This document shows, piece by piece, positions 1 through 5,335 of a stretch of 5,526 bases of DNA; positions within the stretch are counted from its first letter, which is position 1; each line of letters begins with the position of its first letter. The DNA is from a virus, in the IMG/VR virus record IMGVR_UViG_3300045988_097647, positions 1 through 5,526 of that record; one strand, 5' to 3'. The notes beneath the pieces are model-generated. The model searched no databases. It was not told the DNA's origin and saw only the letters and a program-made list of their open reading frames with translations. Both the position numbers and the translations under genes were made by a program.

Positions 1-79
1 ATTTTTTTTGCTCCTTAAATACAAACCAAGACACAAAATGTTAAGAATTTTTTCCCAAAAAGCGGGAGTAGCTTTTTTC
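1..79. repeat. Terminal redundancy of a circular genome (identical to 5448..5526)
   Basis: Positions 1-79 (attttttttgctccttaaatacaaaccaagacacaaaatgttaagaattttttcccaaaaagcgggagtagcttttttc) match 5448-5526 base for base. This implies a 5447-nt circular unit opened at an arbitrary point. Confidence 0.9.
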
Positions 80-310
80 TTCCGCCTGCGCTGCAGCTGA
101 GTGGCGAAAGCCATTTACGTCGTCAGTACCTCTTTTCTGCATGTTAACCAAATCATCCTGCATAGCGGCAGAAATAGCTTTAAGGCTTGCAGAGCCTTCG
201 CGGTTGTAGGTGCCATGACGAAACATATCAATAAAATCAACAACCTCTTGGATAAAAGGAATTACAGTGGACACGAGAAAGGTTAAAATTGCAGTAGTTT
301 TGTTTGACAT
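41..310 (-). CDS. Hypothetical small membrane protein (89 aa) with one N-terminal TM helix; candidate lysis or membrane-targeting accessory protein
   Basis: The ORF track gives 41..316 using a TTG start. An in-frame ATG at 310-308 has the SD GAGGTGA 6 nt upstream, and this SD overlaps the VP2 stop. Product: MSNKTTAILTFLVSTVIPFIQEVVDFI... followed by a hydrophilic C-terminal region (REGSASLKAISAAMQDDLVNMQKRGTDDVNG...). Residues ~6-22 form a hydrophobic helix containing a Pro. Stop TAA at 41-43. Confidence 0.5.
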   Translation of the reverse strand: MSNKTTAILTFLVSTVIPFIQEVVDFIDMFRHGTYNREGSASLKAISAAMQDDLVNMQKRGTDDVNGFRHSAAAQAEEKSYSRFLGKNS

Positions 311-321
311 AATCAATCACC

Positions 322-1119
322 TCATTTAGAAAAATAATTAGCAATACCGGAAAACAAACGATTAGCAGCACGGCCAATAGTATTCCAAGGTAAACCGTCA
401 TCAGAAAGGCCGAGGTCCTTATAATCCTTATTACGAGAAGTCTTATAATCATAATCAGCCTTAGCAACATTAGATAGCTGTGCATTATAAGCGGCAGAAC
501 TATTAGCAGCATTACCTTGAGCCAGCATCATAGTAGCTTGAGCAGGCATAACAACATTCATCATATACTGCTGACTAGCCTTTTGAGCGTCAATATACTC
601 GCCTTGCTTTTGAGCATTAGCTAAATTTTGCTTAACTAAAGCTAAATTGTCATTGTAAGAATCAGCAGCCAGCTTATTGGCAACAGAAATACCATACGTT
701 TCAGCATCATACTTCTTCGCACTAGCTCCAGCTAAAATAGTTTGAGCAGCTAAATTTTTTATTTGTTCATCGCTCATCTTTTCGGCAACCTGAGCTTGAC
801 GATTAGCAGCCTTAGCGGAATTACCAGCAGCAGAAGCAGACATACCAGCAGTAACACCTTCACCGAGATTATAGTTTGCAGAAAGAGCAGAAGCACCATT
901 AATAGAACCACCAATGCCTTGCGTAGCAGCAAGCATGGGATTAAGTCCAGCTTTTTGCATATCTTCCATAGCCCATTGATAACGATGCTGATAATTATAT
1001 ACATTACGCTGATTAGCTACAGTTGCAGCATGGCGAGCAGCAGAGTTAGAAAGAGAACCACCAATGAGAGACGAAATACCACCAGCAATAGCTCCAGCAG
1101 CAGATCCAAGAAATGACAT
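322..1119 (-). CDS. VP2: Minor capsid / DNA pilot protein VP2
   Basis: 265-aa ORF immediately downstream of VP1 (VP1 stop TAA, then AAAAAAGGAGTGATTTTTT, then ATG). N-terminus MSFLGSAAGAIAGGISSLIGG is Gly/Ala/Ser-rich. The protein is rich in Ala/Gln/Asn with low complexity and contains an AGLNPMLA-type segment, as in gokushovirus VP2 pilot proteins. Stop TGA at 322-324. Confidence 0.78.
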   Translation of the reverse strand: MSFLGSAAGAIAGGISSLIGGSLSNSAARHAATVANQRNVYNYQHRYQWAMEDMQKAGLNPMLAATQGIGGSINGASALSANYNLGEGVTAGMSASAAGNSAKAANRQAQVAEKMSDEQIKNLAAQTILAGASAKKYDAETYGISVANKLAADSYNDNLALVKQNLANAQKQGEYIDAQKASQQYMMNVVMPAQATMMLAQGNAANSSAAYNAQLSNVAKADYDYKTSRNKDYKDLGLSDDGLPWNTIGRAANRLFSGIANYFSK

Positions 1120-1136
1120 AAAAAATCACTCCTTTT

Positions 1137-2774
1137 TTAGAAATGACCCATCATACCGGGTATACCATACATAGGCATAGGACGAATACATTTTAAGTTA
1201 AATTTAACATCTAACAAGAAATGAGGATAGGACGGAACGGCAACTACGCGACTAATAGGCGGGTGGTCTTGAATAAACTCATCCGAAAGCGTAGGCAGCG
1301 TAGCGAATTTCTGTGACAAATGCCAAATGTCTAAAGGTTCTTTATAGGTTGAGCGGAATTGACCGGTAATCAAAGACGGCTTATAGCGATATTCTGCATA
1401 GCGTTCTTGATAGCCGAAAATTTTCTTATCATCATCATTTCCTTGGCAATAAATTTCAATGTTTTGAATAGCTTGTTCGCCTAAGTGAGCAAAGGACGGC
1501 CAATAGAAGTCCAGCACATCGGAGCGCAACCACATTTTATTAACGCCTTGCTGGTAAGTCAAATCAGCACGCACATTAATTAGGCCGATAACATAACCAA
1601 ATTCACTAAATGACTTGGTGAAAGCATGGTAACGCTGGGCGTTAAGTCCATATGCAGCTAAATTACCTTGTGGGGTTGTAGAGTCCGTAGAGCTTGTCTG
1701 AGTAACCGGGTTAATGTTCATCATACTAGAATGACTTCCAAGGAACTCAGGACGTTGCAAACGAGCATCGGGATTAGTTACACCGAAATGAGCTTGCAAT
1801 TTCTCCGTATAACGAGTACCGCCGCGGGCATCAATCTCATAATACCTTTGCAGCATAAACGCTTGACGAAGAGAATTAATGGTAATTGAAGTAGCAGAAG
1901 AAAGGTCAACTTTCAAACCGGATTTATAAGATTGAGGAAGGCCACTAACAGAACCCAAAGTAGGATTGAACGCCAAATGAGTACGGTCAGTAGGCGAAAG
2001 ATAAACGCCACCAGTAGCAACAGAACCAGAAACAGCATTATTATTAAAAATAAAATCACCGTCAGAAACAACAGGAGCAAATTGACCTAAAGGCAAATCA
2101 ACAGCCGGGCCTTTTTGTGGCCAAGGAAGCGCACCGGTGAAATAGTCATATCTTTTTCCGCGCGGAGCCGGGTCATACCAATTTTTAACACCGGACGGCA
2201 AACCATAATTAGGATTAGCGGTAGATTGTCCCATAGGTTCAAGTACTGTATTAGATTCGCCTTTGCTAACCTTAACAGATTTTTGCAGGTTCTCATCTCT
2301 GAACCACTCGTTCCAAATGAGCCAATACGAACGGAACGGCAAGCAGTTGACAGAAATATTCTTAAAAGTACCATTACTACAAGCTATACCCATATAATCG
2401 GGGAGCTTGTTTGTCATATCGCCGGTTAGAGAAACAGTAGGAACAAGGTAATCAGTAGAATCTTCGGGGTTCTCCTGCTCACCACAAAGATTTGCCCATT
2501 TATCATACACGAGCCTACTTGGAACAAAGAAAAAGAAGGACTCAATATAAATGTTATCCATGAACGGAACTACAGGAGTAGCCAAACGACAGAACTCCAC
2601 AGGGTTAAGAGTGAACGTATCGCCTGGAATAACTTCGTCGACAAAGTAAGGGATTAAAGCACCTTCGTTAAAGGTTGTCTTGTATACGTGACTTCTGTCA
2701 AAGACGGAGCGGCGAATATTAGCTTGCGGAATCATCGCAAAATGCGACTGATTAACGCGAATGTTACGAGCCAT
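1137..2774 (-). CDS. VP1: Major capsid protein VP1 (Microviridae F-like, gokushovirus type)
   Basis: 545-aa ORF, the largest in the window. N-terminus MARNIRVNQSHFAMIPQANIRRSVFDRSHV...IPGDTFTLNP is typical of gokushovirus VP1. ATG at 2774 is preceded on the coding strand by AAGGAG with an 8-nt spacer. Stop TAA at 1137-1139. The size (~530-570 aa class) and position upstream of a Gly/Ala-rich VP2 fit gokushovirus layout. Confidence 0.9.
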   Translation of the reverse strand: MARNIRVNQSHFAMIPQANIRRSVFDRSHVYKTTFNEGALIPYFVDEVIPGDTFTLNPVEFCRLATPVVPFMDNIYIESFFFFVPSRLVYDKWANLCGEQENPEDSTDYLVPTVSLTGDMTNKLPDYMGIACSNGTFKNISVNCLPFRSYWLIWNEWFRDENLQKSVKVSKGESNTVLEPMGQSTANPNYGLPSGVKNWYDPAPRGKRYDYFTGALPWPQKGPAVDLPLGQFAPVVSDGDFIFNNNAVSGSVATGGVYLSPTDRTHLAFNPTLGSVSGLPQSYKSGLKVDLSSATSITINSLRQAFMLQRYYEIDARGGTRYTEKLQAHFGVTNPDARLQRPEFLGSHSSMMNINPVTQTSSTDSTTPQGNLAAYGLNAQRYHAFTKSFSEFGYVIGLINVRADLTYQQGVNKMWLRSDVLDFYWPSFAHLGEQAIQNIEIYCQGNDDDKKIFGYQERYAEYRYKPSLITGQFRSTYKEPLDIWHLSQKFATLPTLSDEFIQDHPPISRVVAVPSYPHFLLDVKFNLKCIRPMPMYGIPGMMGHF

Positions 2775-2895
2775 AGTATTAACTCCTTAATTTTATTAAA
2801 CGACCGAAAAGCACGAGAACGGCATTTTCGTTATCAAATCAGAAGGGAATTAAAAATAAATAAAAGGCTTATTTTTGAAGGTTTTTCTGATTTTG

Positions 2896-2943
2896 TGTCA
2901 CCTTGACCAGTTACGATCAAGTAGGTAACTGGTCAAGGTGACA
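2896..2943 (-). promoter_or_regulatory. Perfect 19-bp inverted repeat with 10-nt loop in the VP3-VP1 intergenic region; candidate replication origin or structured regulatory element
   Basis: Plus 2896-2914 is tgtcaccttgaccagttac. The loop 2915-2924 is gatcaagtag. Plus 2925-2943 is gtaactggtcaaggtgaca, the exact reverse complement of the left arm. On the viral (coding) strand the loop reads CTACTTGATC. No U-tract follows on either strand, so it is not a classic intrinsic terminator. Confidence 0.6.
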
Positions 2944-2981
2944 AGGTTATTATTCTACATAAGTGAATATTAGCATATAGG

Positions 2982-3425
2982 TTATTTTTGCTCCAATTTA
3001 GACTCTCCTGCTACCGGAGTGACAGGTTCTACCGGAGTATCTACAATAGCTTTAGGTTTTAGGCCTAACTCTTCAAGCCTAGAAACAACTTTGGCGTCAG
3101 TAGATGTTAGAGCATCAAGCAGCATTCGTGGGTCATTGCCAAATTCAGCACGGACACTAGAAGGCAAATCTGCAAACTCTGCGTTAACATTAGCAACAAG
3201 GTTGCAAGCGGTTTCATAATCCGGGAGTAATGTGGTATCACCATATTGCAAAGTAGCCGGGTCATGTGCTCCAACAGAATCGACAATGCCGGTTGTGTTG
3301 AAATTGGCTATAATATGATGAATATCGCACTCTTCAGCGAAAGTTTGGTCAGCAAGCGAAGGCTGAGTAATTTCAACGTGAGGTTTTGGCGGTTGCTCAT
3401 CGTAAAGCGTATAAAATTTAGCCAT
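2982..3425 (-). CDS. VP3: Internal scaffolding protein VP3 (148 aa from ATG 3425; track ORF extends to TTG at 3572)
   Basis: The internal start MAKFYTLYDEQ... has SD AAAGGAG 10 nt upstream. The sequence ...ECDIHHIIANFNTTG...YGDTT...FADLPSSVRAEFGNDPRMLLDAL...LEELGL... matches the conserved gokushovirus VP3 pattern as I recall it (ECD-I..I...TG...YGD...F..LP...R..F.NDP...L.....LGL). It is acidic, as expected for a scaffolding protein. Stop TAA at 2982-2984. The 49-aa N-terminal extension in the track (TTG 3572) runs through a structured leader and is probably not translated. Confidence 0.6.
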   Translation of the reverse strand: MAKFYTLYDEQPPKPHVEITQPSLADQTFAEECDIHHIIANFNTTGIVDSVGAHDPATLQYGDTTLLPDYETACNLVANVNAEFADLPSSVRAEFGNDPRMLLDALTSTDAKVVSRLEELGLKPKAIVDTPVEPVTPVAGESKLEQK

Positions 3426-3543
3426 GCGTAAAAATCTCCTTTCTTTACCCGACAAGGCACGAGTAACGATTGCGTAAAGCGTAGGCTTGCGCCGTGTTAC
3501 GAAGATATGATATAGGCGGAGTGACCGGCAGCAAAGCACAGTC

Positions 3544-3562
3544 ATTTTGGCGTAGCCAAAAT
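3544..3562 (-). other. 8-bp stem / 3-nt loop hairpin in the putative VP3 leader
   Basis: Plus attttggc gta gccaaaat (3544-3551 and 3555-3562) is perfectly complementary. It lies ~120 nt upstream of the VP3 ATG on the coding strand, inside the region that the track reads as an N-terminal extension. Confidence 0.4.
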
Positions 3563-3635
3563 TTAAAAACAAAAAAGACGCTCAACATTACGCTGAACGC
3601 CTTTGATGTGTGGTATCACCACTTGCCTTATATGT

Positions 3636-3664
3636 AGTATACCACAAAATGAGAAAGCAGGCAA
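3636..3664 (-). promoter_or_regulatory. Sigma70-like promoter P2 (TTGCCT-N17-TGgTATACT) downstream of VP5 stop, upstream of VP3
   Basis: Coding strand: TAA TTGTAACGTACGC TTGCCT GCTTTCTCATTTTGTGG TATACT ACATATAAGG. The -35 is the complement of 3659-3664 and the -10 is the complement of 3636-3641, with a 17-nt spacer ending in TGG. The spacer shares GCTTT(T)TCTCAT...TGG with P1, and a TTGTAA motif lies just upstream, as at P1. Confidence 0.45.
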
Positions 3665-3677
3665 GCGTACGTTACAA

Positions 3678-3959
3678 TTACATTTTAGCACTCTCCGGAG
3701 GGGGGGTCAATAGCTCCGTGGCAGTGGAAAGCAGTAAAGTGGGATTTTGTGGGGAAAAGATACAGGTTTTGTCGTCAAACTCACCCAAATACATCAACAC
3801 AAAATCCTCGTGGTAGTCATGGATAATATTGGAACGCTCCGGGGTGGACACCTGATTAACCATAATTTGGAATTGACGAATGGCCATAGCATTATTTTGC
3901 TGAACGAAGGGCGGGTTCATCAGCTCGCCCTTGCGGTCATAAATACAGTATAATTTCAT
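3678..3959 (-). CDS. VP5: VP5-like non-structural protein (93 aa)
   Basis: ATG at 3959 has AAGGAG 8 nt upstream. N-terminus MKLYCIYDRKGELMNPPFVQQNNAMAIRQF and the ...YLGEFDDKT... segment resemble the F/Y-x-V/I-x-D-x-K...PF...A-x-R-x-F...GEFDD pattern I associate with gokushovirus VP5. Its position between VP4 and VP3 matches the gokushovirus order. Stop TAA at 3678-3680. The C-terminus PPPESAKM is encoded through a G7 homopolymer (3700-3706). Confidence 0.5.
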   Translation of the reverse strand: MKLYCIYDRKGELMNPPFVQQNNAMAIRQFQIMVNQVSTPERSNIIHDYHEDFVLMYLGEFDDKTCIFSPQNPTLLLSTATELLTPPPESAKM

Positions 3960-3963
3960 AAAA

Positions 3964-4293
3964 TCACTCCTTTTTTAAAGCAGAAAGCTGGGCATCAAGC
4001 TCGGCGTTAATTTTAGAAATGCCTTTATCCATAGAATCATCACGAGCAACCGAGTGAAGAAAAAGTTTAAAACGATGCAGCTGCTCTTTATCCATGAGAT
4101 AGTAAAAACCGTCATAGAGAACAATAGAAAAAGTATAACGACCATTTTCACCTTTGTAATCATTAGCAGCACGATAAGAACGAGCCTGACCATAAGAAGG
4201 GAATACAGTCCAAGACGGAAACTGTTCAAGAGATTTACGGATACGAGCATTATTTTTTTGGGAAAAATTAGGATTAAAATAATCTTTTAACAT
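3964..4293 (-). CDS. Hypothetical protein (110 aa), accessory ORF between VP4 and VP5
   Basis: The track ORF 3964..4350 begins at TTG. An in-frame ATG at 4293-4291 has the strong SD GTGAGGTAA 7 nt upstream and lies ~25 nt downstream of a consensus promoter. Product: MLKDYFNPNFSQKNNARIRKSLEQFPSW...GRYTFSIVLYDGFYYLMDKEQLHRFKLF...KINAELDAQLSALKKE. I do not recognise any motif in it. Stop TGA at 3964-3966 lies 4 nt before the next ATG, with the next gene's SD inside this ORF's 3' end, suggesting translational coupling. Confidence 0.55.
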   Translation of the reverse strand: MLKDYFNPNFSQKNNARIRKSLEQFPSWTVFPSYGQARSYRAANDYKGENGRYTFSIVLYDGFYYLMDKEQLHRFKLFLHSVARDDSMDKGISKINAELDAQLSALKKE

Positions 4294-4318
4294 ATTGCTT
4301 ACCTCACTTTCTATATAT

Positions 4319-4347
4319 ATTATACCATGAGAAAAAGCAACTGTCAA
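4319..4347 (-). promoter_or_regulatory. Near-consensus sigma70-type promoter P1 (TTGACA-N17-TGgTATAAT) driving ORF110/VP5
   Basis: Coding-strand sequence: TTGTTGACAG TTGCTTTTTCTCATGG TATAAT ATATATAGAAAGTGAGGTAAGCAAT ATG. The -35 TTGACA is the complement of 4342-4347. The 17-nt spacer ends in TGG, giving an extended -10. The -10 TATAAT is the complement of 4319-4324. The predicted start site lies ~25 nt before the ATG at 4293. Confidence 0.6.
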
Positions 4348-4350
4348 CAA

Positions 4351-4380
4351 CTTTTTACAACTTTTTACAACTTTTACAAA
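4351..4380 (-). repeat. Three tandem 10-bp direct repeats (coding strand TTGTAAAAAG x3, third copy TTTGTAAAAG) abutting the -35 of P1 and overlapping the Rep stop codon
   Basis: Plus strand reads ctttttacaa ctttttacaa cttttacaaa (4351-4380). The coding strand reads TTTGTAAAAG TTGTAAAAAG TTGTAAAAAG TTGTTGACA. The Rep stop TAA at 4374-4376 lies inside the array. Confidence 0.7.
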
Positions 4381-5318
4381 CCTAAATTATCAAAATCACG
4401 CTCAAATTGTTCCTGCCGGTGCTTCAAAATCTTCTCTTTTGCTTCCAGCCTTTTGCAATCGATGACGGCAGCCTTTGCATTTTCGGCCTTATTTTGCTTG
4501 TATATACTATACCAAACGGGGTTACTGCGCTCAAATAGTGTTTGATAATAGCGAGGTATCTTATATTTAGCTCCATTAATAGTTACAAAGCCTAATTTAA
4601 AAATATCTTCTGAATAAAGGCCAAAATAATCGGCTCCTATGCCAGGCTTAAGAGAACTACCGACAAACTCCGGAGATATGCCAAGAGCATCATACATACA
4701 GGCATTTTTACCGGTCTGCTTTTTAAGGCTATATTTAGCAACATACCGGGCGGATTCAAAGGTAATCGCTCCAACAGTGTTGAAACCATATGGCCAAAGC
4801 CGCTCCAACGTAGGGGAACGAAAAAGATTGTAACCAGCTGTTAACGCCGATACTTTGCGAACATCCGAAGGAAACCAACCAAAGCACAAAATATGATAAT
4901 GCGGCCTGCGGTTAAGATCGCCATACTCACCGCAACAAAGAAAACGTATCTTAGAATTGTCATGATAATCTAAATAACGACGTAACCTTTTAAAAAAAAG
5001 TTGTAAATGCTCACGATGCAGCGAGCAGTCAGCTGGAAGGCAATCATCGTTATAGGTTAACGTGATGAAGCAGTTATGCAAATGCAGTTTAGCCTCATGA
5101 ACGCAACGAATAGCCCAATCATTAGCCTTGTCAAGACGGCAGCCTAAGCATTGACCGCACGGAACGACAACAGCATAATTATTAGCTAGCTCATTTTTAG
5201 CATACTCCAACGATTTACCGGACAGCTGACGATAAGCAAAAAAATTTGATAGCTCATACTTGCCGTTAGCGTTAGGCACAGCAGAACGTTTAGCAAACAT
5301 AGGATTAAGGCAAGTCAT
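4374..5318 (-). CDS. VP4: Replication initiation protein VP4 (rolling-circle Rep, phiX174 gene A family)
   Basis: 317-aa ORF in the track, 4374..5327, which starts at an in-frame GTG at 5327. The first ATG is at 5318 (the 4th codon of the track ORF). RCR motif 1 CFITLTY lies at 5052-5072. Motif 2 HYH, within PHYHILCF, lies at 4893-4901. Motif 3 YVAKYSLKK places the catalytic Tyr residues near 4731-4745. A CGQCLGC zinc-finger-like cluster, common in gokushovirus VP4, is present. Stop TAA at 4374-4376. Confidence 0.9.
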   Translation of the reverse strand: MTCLNPMFAKRSAVPNANGKYELSNFFAYRQLSGKSLEYAKNELANNYAVVVPCGQCLGCRLDKANDWAIRCVHEAKLHLHNCFITLTYNDDCLPADCSLHREHLQLFFKRLRRYLDYHDNSKIRFLCCGEYGDLNRRPHYHILCFGWFPSDVRKVSALTAGYNLFRSPTLERLWPYGFNTVGAITFESARYVAKYSLKKQTGKNACMYDALGISPEFVGSSLKPGIGADYFGLYSEDIFKLGFVTINGAKYKIPRYYQTLFERSNPVWYSIYKQNKAENAKAAVIDCKRLEAKEKILKHRQEQFERDFDNLGL

Positions 5319-5335
5319 AATACACACACTTTCTG

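Noticed and set aside
101-286. Plus-strand ORFs from the track (101..286, 763..1116, 1668..1889, 2115..2429, 2688..2906, 3019..3219, 3246..3431, 3610..3816, 3747..3953, 4054..4290, 4327..4545, 4639..4833)
   Set aside because: All are antisense to well-supported minus-strand genes or span promoter/leader regions. They are short, have low-complexity or unusual composition, and lack convincing SD/start contexts. Microviridae transcribe a single strand.
237-512. A 91-aa extremely hydrophobic minus-strand ORF, out of frame across the VP2 3' end and ORF89. A similar 76-aa ORF lies at 774..1004. Both could be read as embedded E-like lysis genes.
   Set aside because: Leu/Ile-rich products are the expected by-product of reading Ala/Gln/Asn-rich VP2 codons in a shifted frame. 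The ATG at 512 has no usable SD (AAGGTA is directly adjacent to the ATG), and the 774..1004 ORF starts with a non-ATG codon.
1186-1206. dif/XerCD-like motif (ATTTAACAT...), as would be expected if this were an integrated enterobacterial gokushovirus prophage; also a look at 2950-2980
   Set aside because: The 9-nt match to the XerD arm lies inside VP1 coding sequence and does not extend through the central region or XerC arm. The AT-rich stretch at 2950-2980 does not align to dif either. No host flanks are present because the window is a closed circle.
2853-2878. AT-only hairpin aaaaataa/ttattttt and the imperfect hairpin cgaaaagc...gcattttcg (2804-2830) upstream of VP1
   Set aside because: The stems are A/T-only or imperfect and short, and no associated U-tract or promoter consensus is present. 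They are too weak to call as features.
2982-3572. Full 196-aa version of the VP3 ORF (TTG start at 3572, or ATG at 3545-3543)
   Set aside because: The extension lacks an SD, and the in-frame ATG lies inside the 8-bp hairpin stem. The extension covers the promoter-leader region. The internal ATG at 3425 has a good SD and gives a VP3-sized product of 148 aa.
4345-4380. CAACTTTTTACAA repeats on the plus strand resembling the start of the phiX174 origin (CAACTTG...)
   Set aside because: The similarity is limited to CAACTT, and it lies on the complementary strand, not the viral strand that Rep nicks. The repeats are better read as promoter-proximal iterons or an UP element on the coding strand.
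4351-4380. Possible CRISPR-like array from the three short direct repeats
   Set aside because: The repeats are 10 bp long and contiguous with no spacers, and no cas context exists. They are simple tandem iterons.
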